Below, piece after piece: positions 1 to 11,315 of a stretch of DNA of 64,000 nt (positions are counted from its first letter, which is position 1; the number at the start of each line of letters is the position of its first letter). The notes below the pieces were generated by a model. It did not search any database, had not been told where the DNA came from, and was given only the letters and a program-made list of their open reading frames with translations. Origin of the DNA: Octopus sinensis (lineage: Eukaryota); the NCBI RefSeq assembly GCF_006345805.1, contig NC_042997.1, forward strand, positions 21,824,001 to 21,888,000. Direction: 5' to 3'. Position numbers and translations under genes: made by a program.

Positions 1-92
1 TAAGTCCCGGGGTCGATTTGTTCGACTAAAGGCGGTGCTCCAGCATGGCCGCAGTCAAATGACTGAAACAAGTAAAAGAGAGAGTAAAAGAG
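1..92 (+). mobile_element. SINE family 1, 3' tail only
   Basis: GGGGTCGATTTG...GGCGGTGCTCCAGCATGGCCGCAGTCAAATGACTGAAACAAGTAAAAGAG. Confidence 0.85.
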
Positions 93-99
93 TATATAT

Positions 100-161
<62 letters not shown>

Positions 162-185
162 TAAATAGGTAGATAGATAGATAGG

Positions 186-243
<58 letters not shown>

Positions 244-296
244 GGCAGATATAGATAGATAGATAGATAGACAGCTAGATAGATAGATAGGCAGAT

Positions 297-362
<66 letters not shown>
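93..362. repeat. (TA)n plus (GATA)n microsatellite
   Basis: Seen directly. Confidence 0.95.
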
Positions 363-363
<1 letters not shown>

Positions 364-810
364 TCATAGTGTAATACTTGAAGCTATATATCATTATTAT
401 TATTGTTCAGCGGTGGAAATTCCATTGTTTTTCACCTAACTGTGGCTATAAAATATATACCAGTAATAAACCGTGATTGATTCCAAAAATTGATTGGCCT
501 TGTATGTTTTGAATAGAAATCGATATTTTGAATACCACCCGTGTAAGTGTAACAGAATCGTTATCGGAATTTTTGTCTAGAACATCTAGATTTGGATTAT
601 TGTTGATACTGGGAATGCACCATAATTTACATAATTTTTTTTTTGCTAAGATACATACTTATACATTAGAAGAAACACACATACATGCATACATACATAC
701 GCAATAGGTAACCGTCTTTCGCTCTCACATTCTTTTCCTTTCACTCTTCCTCGCTCTTCAACTCACTATATATCACAGTAGACTAAACTGCATCTCTAGT
801 TATTGCTTTC

Positions 811-868
<58 letters not shown>

Positions 869-1334
869 GCTTCCTACTTCGTCTACTTACTGCTTTCCAA
901 TATTTATATTCTCAGAAATTATACGATTTCTCTGCTGCTACATTCGTCCTCTCTTCTTTCTTCACTGATACCTTATCGAAAGCCAATAGCGAAACGTTGA
1001 AGCCTCATAAGCTGTGAAATTGTGAAAACATATGTTAAAACATGTCAACAAAACGAAACTGGATATGAGAATACATGTTGAAATTGCTTTAAAACCAACC
1101 GATAATTTAGTTAAAGTAAATTAACTATTTTCATCGCTTATTCAGCCTCGTCAGGTGATATCTTAGGAATAATATTACATGAACAGCTAGGCGCGATTAG
1201 GCCTAGCCATGAAATACCCATTTCATAAAATATTGATTTTGATGGCAGTGGTTTTATCATTTGACTGTTACCTGTTTCAGTCATTGCACTGCGGCCATGC
1301 TGGGGCATCACCTTTAAGCGTTTAAGTCAAGCAA

Positions 1335-1800
1335 TACACACATACATACGTACATACATACATAAAAACATACATATATACATACATACACACGTACATA
1401 CATACATACATACATACATACATACATACATGCATACATACATAGGTATATACATTCATGCATACATACATACATACATACACATACATACATGCATGCA
1501 TACATACATACGTACATACATACATAAAAATATAGGTATATACATACATACACACATACATACGTACATACATACATAAAAACATACATATATACATACA
1601 TACACACATACATACATACATACAAACATAGGTATATACATACATACACACATACATACGTACATACATACATGCATACATACATACATACATACATACA
1701 TACATGCATACATACATACATACATACATACATTCATGCATACATACATACATACATACATACATACATACATACATACATACATACATCATACATACAT
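1335..1800. repeat. (TACA)n/(CA)n compound microsatellite
   Basis: Seen directly; source of the MYVC ORFs. Confidence 0.95.
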
Positions 1801-2960
1801 TAAGTGCTGAAAAGCGAAGAGAACAATATCCTACGTGTCGACAGCGAGCTCTTCAGGAAGCACTCTCTTCCTGATGACTTTCCATAAACCCTAGAACAGC
1901 CGGAACAACGTACTTCAAAGAAGACCTGTATGTGAAACGCTCAGCGCAAAAAGACCATGCATGAGTATGTTTCCCAAAGGCTTGAAGAAGACAGAAATAA
2001 TGACATGAAGCGAAGCCCCTCTTGGACTTGTGACCGTAACGTCACATCGCACCTTGGGGGCTATGCGTTTGCAATCCAGGAACAGGAGATTGATATTAAA
2101 TACCTAATAAACAAGGGACAGTGAAGCCCTTGGAGATACACGGTACAATCGAAAATGTAGCTTACACTTTACGTTTTTACTCTTTTACTTGTTTCAGTCA
2201 TTTGATTGCAGCCATGCTGGTGCACTGCCTTTAGTCGAACAAATCGAAACCCAGTACTTAATCTTTGTAAGCCTAGTGCTTATTCGATCGGTCTCTTTTG
2301 TCCAACCGCTAAGTCACAGCGACTTTAACACACCAACATCGGTTGTCAAGCGATGGTGAGACAAACACACCCACATATATACATACACACAACACACACA
2401 CACATATATATATACGACGGGCTTCTTTCAGTTTCCGACTACCAAATCCACTCACAAGGCTTTGGTCGGCCCGAGGCTGTAGTAAAAGGCACTTGCCCAA
2501 GGTGCTACGCAGTGGGACTGAACCTGGAAGCTTCTTACCACACAGCCACTCCTGCGCTTATGTAATATTTCTGTAGAAGATATCACACATGTGATTAGCA
2601 GCTACTTCAAAATGTCATCAAGTTACATGATGATGTTGACAAACAATATGTAAACCCATCCGGAAAAAAGACAGCCCTGGTAAAAGTATAGGGAATCTCC
2701 CTATTATTGAATACGAACATAAACGTCAACGCAAGCATCACTGGTAGAACATTCTCATCAAAGAATCTGTCAAGTGTAAGCATAACAGACCGGTTATTGT
2801 TCTTTGCAACAAGACAAAGTATGTACCTTTATAGGGTTCAGCTCGCTTACTGATATGAATATCTGTTTTGAAAATCAAAGAGAAAGAGGGTAACTATGGA
2901 CAACTGCTTCGAAATCACCAGCTTCTATATCCAGATTAGAAATTTACATTTATACGAACA
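1801..2960 (+). pseudogene. Decayed R4/Dong-like LINE 3' region, interrupted by a SINE at 2175-2557
   Basis: KKTMHEYVSQRLEED...TSHLGGYAFAIQEQEIDIKYLINK, VEDITHVISS (CCHC region) and KCKHNRP (restriction-like endonuclease), with stops and frameshifts. Confidence 0.7.
2175..2557 (-). mobile_element. SINE family 1, near full length
   Basis: tRNA-like head, CTTGGGCAAGTG body, internal TA/TG microsatellite and the shared tail. Confidence 0.9.
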
Positions 2961-3280
2961 ATAATCCGAGTACATAGTTTTGAGATTAAATGTCTAACTG
3001 ACAGTCTGGATAAGCTTGGATTTTCAGATAAAGAAATCAACTAATTTACTCACACATTACAAATACAATCTGCAAGGGAACAGTAAAAACATAAAAACTT
3101 CTCCCTCCTTCTCTATTCCCCTCCCTCTATTCAGTTTCATACACCTTTGTATAGCTCAGGACTCCCCTCCAATACCAACCCACATTCATTATTCCTCTCA
3201 CCACAGCTATTTTGACCACACCACTCCCCCACTCTGTCCACTTCCCTATAACTTCTCTCATACCTTTCTCATACATTAAC

Positions 3281-3420
3281 TAAGTGCTCAAAAGTGAAGA
3301 GAACAATATCCTACGTGTCGGCAGCGTGCTCCTCAGGAAGCACTCTCTTCTTGATGACTTTCCATAAATTCCAGAACAACCGGAATAACGTACTTGAAGG
3401 AAGACCTGTATGTGAAACCT
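3281..3420 (+). pseudogene. Second copy of the first ~140 bp of the LINE fragment at 1801
   Basis: TAAGTGCTCAAAAGTGAAGAGAACAATATCCTACGTGTCG...GAAGACCTGTATGTGAAAC closely matches 1801-1938. Confidence 0.75.
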
Positions 3421-3885
3421 TACCTTAGTAATCTCACTCAAATAATTGCCATTCCTTTTCCTCACTATCACAACTTCCAATTATTTTGTAGCTATTATCC
3501 CCCAACTCTGACACCTAAACACAAATCCAATACTACTTTGACAAGTTCCTTAACCCTTGGGGTGGATGGGGCGCTGCAGCCATGCAGCGTATCTAGGGCG
3601 CCAACACAACGTACTACCATTCAGATACTATCTATCCTACCCCTCCTATTTATCTCCCCACTTTTCTCCTCTACCACAACCTCTCTTAGTATCCTCATTA
3701 TTAGCCTCTCCCTCTTCCTGAACTATCCACTTTCCTCTCGCCATTCCCTGTCTTAATACCCCCATAACCACATCGACCTTCATATTTCCCCCTCTAATTC
3801 AGCTATCTCTCCACATTTAATCATATATAAGAAAAAGAGGATTAAAATATACAGGCAGATACAATAAAGCACTCAGTTTAAAAGA

Positions 3886-3918
<33 letters not shown>

Positions 3919-4038
3919 AGCAATAATAAATCTCTGAACGAGGTATGGACAGTAACTGCACGACAATGTGAAGTATATTTGCCATCTAAATATGGCTAAC
4001 CACTAAGGGTGGATGTTACTGTAGCTTGTAGCCCCAGG
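3919..4038 (-). mobile_element. Terminal fragment of the 8150/49341 family between (TA)n tracts
   Basis: AGCAATAATAAATCTCTGAACGAG...TGGCTAACCACTAAG...TAGCCCCAGG matches 49341-49460. Confidence 0.75.
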
Positions 4039-4062
4039 TGAACATCTGTCTATATATATACA

Positions 4063-4146
<84 letters not shown>

Positions 4147-4150
4147 TATA

Positions 4151-4436
4151 CTTTATTTTAAGCAGCAGAAAATTCAACAAAATCTGTTACTCTGAGTTTC
4201 TCGTTGCCGTTCATCAGACAGTTTTTGTTAGAATGGAACTGATATAACAATTCAATCTATACTCTTACACAACGCTACACCTTTAAAAAGAAATGGACTT
4301 TTTAAAGGTGTAGCGTTTGTAAGAGTATAGATTGAATTGATATATCAGTTCCATTCTAGCAAAAACTGTCTGATGAACGGCAACGAGAAACTCAGAGTAA
4401 CAGATTTTGTTGAATTTTCTGCTGCTTAAAATAAAG
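4151..4436. mobile_element. Near-perfect palindrome (~140-bp arms, 7-nt spacer AAATGGA) with a hammerhead motif in each arm
   Basis: Arms 4151-4290 and 4298-4436 are reverse complements. Right arm 4366-4403 reads CTGT-CTGATGA-A-CG-GCAA-CG-A-GAAA-CTCAGAG-TA-ACAG; the left arm carries the same on minus at 4184-4221. Confidence 0.85.
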
Positions 4437-4524
4437 CATATTACTCTACCACTGGTATTTGAGTACTCTTTTTTCCACCTTGTTTCACATTTATCTGTTT
4501 ACTCCGGTATACATATATATAATA

Positions 4525-4597
<73 letters not shown>

Positions 4598-4784
4598 ACA
4601 TTATATAAAAGGGCTTAGTAAAATAAATTACTTTGCCGCATACTGAACTCATTAGAAATAGCAGCTAAAAAAAACTTTTTTAAAACTATTTCCAATACTT
4701 AAAGAAATTCGCCTTAAATGGTCCCTTTGCATACTGAATACTTGGTGAAATTGATTAATTAATTAATTTTACCCTCAATTGTTG

Positions 4785-4821
<37 letters not shown>

Positions 4822-4823
4822 CA

Positions 4824-4857
<34 letters not shown>

Positions 4858-4858
4858 T

Positions 4859-7800
4859 CATATAATTAAGGGCTAAAGAGGGTTATTCTAAAGCCAAATA
4901 CACTGTTTTATCCACTTATAATCCGCTTGTTACAGGAAAATTGAAACTGAAAACGGGCAACTAACTTTAGAAAATTTAAATTTCGTTATCTCTATATTGA
5001 ATCAATTTCGACTTAATCTTATAAAAAAAGATATATTCCTTCTTCAGTAGAACTTTCGATGGGATATAAATAAAATACTCACGTATGATCATGGAAAAAG
5101 CACAAGCTAAAAACATAACTACACTTGAGTACATCACTTATATCTAAAAATAAAAATTCTTTGGTCAGCCTCAGAAAACAACGTCCAGACCTTTCGCCGC
5201 TACAAATTGTAATGGTTACCAGTCCTCCTGTAGCAAGCATCGAGTTTACTACTAAGCAATATAGGATGAAGTCCTTACTCTACAGCAAAGCAAGGAATTC
5301 ATCAGGAAGCGTGGGCAGTATATTTAAAAAAACCGTTACGGTTGCAATATACATCATATAATTAAGGGCTAAAGAGGGTTATTCTAAAGCCAAATACACT
5401 GTTTTATCCACTTATACCGCTTGTTACAGGAAAATTGAAACTGAAAACGGGCAACTAACCTTTAGAAAATTTAAATTTCGTTATCTCTATATTGAATCAA
5501 TTTCGGACTTAATCTTATAAAAAAAGATATATTCCTTCTTCAGTAGAACTTTCGATGGGATATAAATAAAATACTCACGTATGATCATGGAAAAAGCACA
5601 AGCTAAAAACATAACTACACTTGAGTACATCACTTATATCTAAAAATAAAAATTCTTTGGTCAGCCTCAGAAAACAACGTCCAGACCTTTCGCCGCTACA
5701 AATTGTAATGGTTACCAGTCCTCCTGTAGCAAGCATCGAGTTTACTACTAAGCAATATAGGATGAAGTCCCTTACTCTACAGCAAAGGAATTCATCAGGA
5801 AGCGTGGGCAGTATATTTAAAAAAACCGTTACGGTTGCAATATACATCATATAATTAAGGGCTAAAGAGGGTTATTCTAAAGCCAAATACACTGTTTTAT
5901 CCACTTATAATCCGCTTGTTACAGGAAAATTGAAACTGAAAACGGGCAACTAACCTTTAGAAAATTTAAATTTCGTTATCTCTATATTGAATCAATTTCG
6001 GACTTAATCTTATAAAAAAAGATATATTCCTTCTTCAGTAGAACTTTCGATGGGATATAAATAAAATACTCACGTATGATCATGGAAAAAGCACAAGCTA
6101 AAAACATAACTACACTTGAGTACATCACTTATATCTAAAAATAAAAATTCTTTGGTCAGCCTCAGAAAACAACGTCCAGACCTTTCGCCGCTACAAATTG
6201 TAATGGTTACCAGTCCTCCTGTAGCAAGCATCGAGTTTACTACTAAGCAATATAGGATGAAGTCCCTTACTCTACAGCAAAGGAATTCATCAGGAAGCGT
6301 GGGCAGTATATTTAAAAAAACCGTTACGGTTGCAATATACATCATATAATTAAGGGCTAAAGAGGGTTATTCTAAAGCCAAATACACTGTTTTATCCACT
6401 TATAATCCGCTTGTTACAGGAAAATTGAAACTGAAAACGGGCAACTAACCTTTAGAAAATTTAAATTTCGTTATCTCTATATTGAATCAATTTCGGACTT
6501 AATCTTATAAAAAAAGATATATTCCTTCTTCAGTAGAACTTTCGATGGGATATAAATAAAATACTCACGTATGATCATGGAAAAAGCACAAGCTAAAAAC
6601 ATAACTACACTTGAGTACATCACTTATATCTAAAAATAAAAATTCTTTGGTCAGCCTCAGAAAACAACGTCCAGACCTTTCGCCGCTACAAATTGTAATG
6701 GTTACCAGTCCTCCTGTAGCAAGCATCGAGTTTACTACTAAGCAATATAGGATGAAGTCCCTTACTCTACAGCAAAGGAATTCATCAGGAAGCGTGGGCA
6801 GTATATTTAAAAAAACCGTTACGGTTGCAATATACATCATATAATTAAGGGCTAAAGAGGGTTATTCTAAAGCCAAATACACTGTTTTATCCACTTATAA
6901 TCCGCTTGTTACAGGAAAATTGAAACTGAAAACGGGCAACTAACCTTTAGAAAATTTAAATTTCGTTATCTCTATATTGAATCAATTTCGGACTTAATCT
7001 TATAAAAAAAGATATATTCCTTCTTCAGTAGAACTTTCGATGGGATATAAATAAAATACTCACGTATGATCATGGAAAAAGCACAAGCTAAAAACATAAC
7101 TACACTTGAGTACATCACTTATATCTAAAAATAAAAATTCTTTGGTCAGCCTCAGAAAACAACGTCCAGACCTTTCGCCGCTACAAATTGTAATGGTTAC
7201 CAGTCCTCCTGTAGCAAGCATCGAGTTTACTACTAAGCAATATAGGATGAAGTCCCTTACTCTACAGCAAAGGAATTCATCAGGAAGCGTGGGCAGTATA
7301 TTTAAAAAAACCGTTACGGTTGCAATATACATCATATAATTAAGGGCTAAAGAGGGTTATTCTAAAGCCAAATACACTGTTTTATCCACTTATAATCCGC
7401 TTGTTACAGGAAAATTGAAACTGAAAACGGGCAACTAACCTTTAGAAAATTTAAATTTCGTTATCTCTATATTGAATCAATTTCGGACTTAATCTTATAA
7501 AAAAAGATATATTCCTTCTTCAGTAGAACTTTCGATGGGATATAAATAAAATACTCACGTATGATCATGGAAAAAGCACAAGCTAAAAACATAACTACAC
7601 TTGAGTACATCACTTATATCTAAAAATAAAAATTCTTTGGTCAGCCTCAGAAAACAACGTCCAGACCTTTCGCCGCTACAAATTGTAATGGTTACCAGTC
7701 CTCCTGTAGCAAGCATCGAGTTTACTACTAAGCAATATAGGATGAAGTCCCTTACTCTACAGCAAGGAATTCATCAGGAAGCGTGGGCAGTATATTTAAA

Positions 7801-7961
7801 AAAACCGTTACGGTTGCAATATACATCATATAATTAAGGGCTAAAGAGGGTTATTCTAAAGCCAAATCACTGTTTTTATCCACTTATAATCCGCTTGTTA
7901 CAGGAAAATTGAAACTGAAAACGGGCAACTAACCTTAGAAAATTTAAATTTCGTTATCTCT
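4859..7961 (-). repeat. Tandem array of a 495-bp unit, ~6.3 copies, each full unit carrying a type I hammerhead ribozyme motif (candidate non-LTR retrozyme / PLE pseudo-LTR array)
   Basis: The period is visible directly (identical ORFs at 5621, 6116, 6611, 7106, 7601). Internal copies are identical; the edge copies have small indels. Minus strand of each unit reads TTCTA-CTGAAGA-A-GGA...TCC-GAAA-TTGATTCAA-TA-TAGAG. Confidence 0.9.
5485..5548 (-). ncRNA. Type I hammerhead ribozyme motif in the 495-bp unit (also 4990-5052, 5980-6043, 6475-6538, 6970-7033, 7465-7528)
   Basis: Core CUGAAGA and GAAA. Stem I UUCUA/UAGAG, stem II GGA/UCC with inner AUCU/AGAU hairpin, near-palindromic stem III AUUGA-U-UCAAU, AUA cleavage triplet (cut between 5490 and 5489). 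Copy 1 lacks one stem II base. Confidence 0.8.
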
Positions 7962-8149
7962 GCGCAGGCATGGCTCTGTGATAAGAAGCTTGCTTCCTAA
8001 CCACATGGTTCCGGGTTAAGTCCGATTGCGTGGCTCCTTAGACAAGTGTCTTTGACTATAGCCTCGGGCCGACCAAAGCTTTATGAGGGGATTTGGTAGA
8101 CGGAAACTGAAAGAAGCCCGATGTATATATATATATATATATAAATAAT

Positions 8150-8780
8150 TGCCTACCAAGTGTGGCGTCGTAAATGGGACAGAGCTACCCAAGGATGACA
8201 TCTCTTCCAGCTGCTAACGACATACATTCTGTGTCCAATTAGTATTTGCGAGGAGAGGTCATCGCTTCCATCCCTAGCCTTACGTGATGCACACGAACTC
8301 GAGGTTCTTGGTGGCTGCCCGTCATCAGGGTGTGTTAATCACCAGCTAGTGATGAAAACACATCACTTTTTTCTGGCGACGAATCGTCGCTGATCTGAAA
8401 AAAGGAGGATTAAACTATATTAAATTTCTGAGCGGGATGTAAACAGCAGCAATACGGAATCGTAACATATAATTTCCAACCAAGTGTATAGCACATAGTA
8501 TTTTGCGAGTGGGATGAGTTTTCATCACTAGCTGGAGATTAACACACCCTGAGGACGGGTAACCACCCAGAAACTCGAATCCGTGTGTATCACGTAAGGC
8601 TAATGAGGGGAGCGATGACCTCCCCTCCCAAATACTAATAGGACACAGAATGTGTGTCGTTAGCCAGCTGGAAGAGATGTCTTCCTGGGGTTATAAATGC
8701 CAGTAGCACTGTCCCATGTAGGACGCCACACTTGGTTAGCATTCCGTATTACTACTGTTTACATCTCGCTCAGAGATTAT
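8150..8780. mobile_element. Inverted-repeat insertion (~220-bp diverged arms) with degenerate hammerhead motifs; PLE pLTR-like family
   Basis: 8150-8366 is the inverted copy of 8511-8741, and 8742-8780 is the inverted copy of ~8420-8458. HHR-like motifs at 8542-8588 (+, ACACACC-CTGAGGA-C-GGGT-AACC-ACCC-A-GAAA-CTCGAA-TC) and 8290-8335 (-, CTGATGA...CTCGAG-TT). Confidence 0.75.
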
Positions 8781-8795
8781 ATATATATATGTGTG

Positions 8796-8847
<52 letters not shown>

Positions 8848-8880
8848 CATATATATATGTATGAATATATATTTATATGT

Positions 8881-9612
8881 ATTGATTGATTGATTGATTG
8901 ATTCTAGTTTCAGCTTATGAGCTGTGGCCATGCTGGGGCACCGCCATTTGGTGTTGCTACTTGGTTTCACTTCACGAAAGCTTTCTAGCAACTGCCATTT
9001 GGTGCATGAGAGAGTTCGATGCAGCTGCCCTCATCTGCCCCTCCTGCCGTGAAGTTGGTTCATCTGGGACATCTGACAGGAAGAGATCCAGCTTCATTTT
9101 AAAGACATCTGCATCCACCCCATGCAGGTCTCTCAGGTTCTTCGGGAGGATATTGAAGAGCTGTGGGCCTCGGAAGCCCAGGCTATCACAGAATCTTGTC
9201 CTACATCTTGATGGCAAGTTGGAGTCCTAGGCACCACGCAGTGGCGCCCAGTTCTGGCATTTGCGTAACTCTCGATGCCAAAGTTCAGGACACGTCCCTC
9301 CAGGATCTTCCAGATGTATATTATGGCATATCTTTCCCGCCTACGCTCCAGGGAATATAGTTTTAATCTCTTGAGTCTTTTCCAGTAGCTTACATTCTGC
9401 ATAGAGGCTATCATCTTCGTGTAGCTACGTTGGGTCGCCTCGAGCTCTGTGATCAACTTGACACTGGATGGTGACCATAACTGAGAGCAGTAGTCAAAGT
9501 GGCTTAGGACAAGTGTCCTCCAGAGGACCATCATGGTTTCTTGTTCTCTTGTTCTAAAGGTTCTGAGGATCCATCCGGCCAGTCGTCTACATTTCATTGC
9601 CAATTTAGCAAC
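8881..9612 (-). pseudogene. 3' fragment of a CR1/L2-like LINE (post-RT C-terminus, 3' UTR, (AATC)n tail)
   Basis: GWILRTFRTRE..M.VLWRTLVLSHFDYCSQLWSP...LYSLERRRERY.IIYIWKILEG and FRGPQLFNILPKNLR...FKMKLDLFLSDVPDEP in two frames; ends in (ATTG)n on plus. Confidence 0.85.
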
Positions 9613-9981
9613 ATGTATGTATGCATGTAAATATATTTATGTGTGTGTCTTTGGGTATGTGTTTGTCCGTACCCCACCATCGTTGACAACCGATGTTGGT
9701 GTGTTTATGTCCCCGAAACTTAGCGGTTCGGCAAAAGAAAACGATATAATAAGTACTAAGCTGACAAGGAATAAGTCTTGGGGTCGATTTCTTCGACTAA
9801 AGGCGGTGCTCCAGCATGGCTGCAGTCAAATGATTGAAACGTGTAAAAGATATATATATATATATTATATTAAATTAGAGATAAAACCACTATTAGGCAA
9901 ATCAAACAATGAAAAACTTAAGCCAATACATAAAATTAATTAATTTATATTATTTTAAATATATATCAAAATTATTAAAAG

Positions 9982-10043
<62 letters not shown>

Positions 10044-10135
10044 ATATATATATATATATTATATATATATATATATCAAAAGAGGTTTTATTTCCACGCT
10101 GACCACCTGGTAAAGATCATTAATGAATTTTACTC

Positions 10136-10138
<3 letters not shown>

Positions 10139-10226
<88 letters not shown>

Positions 10227-10234
10227 TATTATTA
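10139..10234. repeat. (TAT)n microsatellite
   Basis: Seen directly. Confidence 0.95.
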
Positions 10235-10240
10235 TATATA

Positions 10241-11097
10241 GGCGCAAGAGTGTGTGTGTGGTGAGAAGCTTGCTTCCCAAACACATGGTTCTTGGTTCAG
10301 TCCCACTGCGTGGTACCTTAGGCAAGTGTCTTCAACTATTGCCTCGGATTGACCAAAACCTTGTGAGTAGATTTGGTAGACGGAAACTGAAAGAAGCCCG
10401 TCGTAAACATATATATATATATATATGTATGTATGTGCGTATGTATATGTTTGTGTGTCTGTTTTTCCTCCCAACATCGCCTGACAACAGATGTTGGTGT
10501 GTTGACGTAAACTAGCGGTTCGGCAAAAGAGAGCGACAGAATAAGTACAAGGCTTACAAAGATTAAGTCCTGGGTTTCGATGTGTTCGACTAAAGACAGT
10601 GCTTCAGTATGGCCGCAGTCAAATGACTAAAACAAGTGAAAGAATAATAGAATAAAGAGAATAAAATGAATATATATCGGCGCGGGCGTGACTGGGTGGT
10701 AAGGAGTTATATGCGCATGCGTGGTTGTATGATAAGAAGCTTGCTTCCCAACCGCATGCTTCTGGATTCAGCGCACCTGGGGCAAGTGTCTTCTACTATA
10801 GCCTCGAGCTTACAAAAGCCCTGTGAGTAGATTTGGTCGATGGAAACTGAAAGAAGCCCGTCCTATATATATATATGTGTGTATTTTTTATGTGTGTGTG
10901 CCTTTGTGTCTGTATTTGTCCGCTTGATAACTGATGTTGGTGTATTTAACTTAGCGATTCGGCAAAAGTTGACGATAGAATAAATACTAGGCTTACAAAG
11001 AATAAGCCCTGGGGTCGATTTTTTCGACTAAATCCCTTCAAGGCGGTGCTCCAAAATGGCCGCAGTCAAATGACTGAAACAAGTAAAAGATAAAAGA
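10241..11097 (+). mobile_element. Two adjacent SINE family 1 copies (10241-10660, ~10713-11097)
   Basis: Two heads, bodies and tails. Confidence 0.85.
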
Positions 11098-11109
11098 TTA
11101 TATATATAT

Positions 11110-11280
11110 AGACACAGGTATTTCTGTGTAGTAAGACATTTGCTTCCCAGCGACATTGCATTGTTCTGCGTTCAGTTGTTTTGTGTGGCACTTATGCAAG
11201 CATCTTCTATTATAGCCTCGAGCCAACAAAAAACTTATGAGTTGATTAGGTGGTCGGAAACTGAAAGAAACCCATCGTTC

Positions 11281-11315
<35 letters not shown>

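Larger units (their letters stand above)
7962..9850 (+). mobile_element. SINE family 1 split by nested insertions (head 7962-8140, tail ~9620-9850)
   Basis: The two halves flank the 8150-8780 element and the LINE; the break is in the internal microsatellite. Confidence 0.75.

Noticed and set aside
1100-1160. CTGACGA...GAAA on minus
   Set aside because: Extra bases before GAAA and no stem I pairing.
1314-1792. Long ORFs of MYVC, YI, CV, LS and poly-amino-acid type throughout the ORF track
   Set aside because: They are translations of microsatellites.
3560-3605. GC-rich hairpin GCTGCA-GCCA-TGCAGC
   Set aside because: No ribozyme core or other supporting context.
5761-5800. Second CTGATGA (minus) with a GATGAA/TTCATC hairpin in the tandem unit
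   Set aside because: No correctly placed GAAA, stem III or stem I.
5575-7837. Repeated 77-aa and 91-aa ORFs in the tandem array
   Set aside because: Overlapping on opposite strands, no recognisable motif, one lacks an ATG start, and both are frameshifted in edge copies; the unit is better explained as structured RNA.
4859-7961. CRISPR-like or centromeric-satellite reading of the array
   Set aside because: There are no variable spacers and the context is eukaryotic; the copy number is small and each unit carries an HHR.
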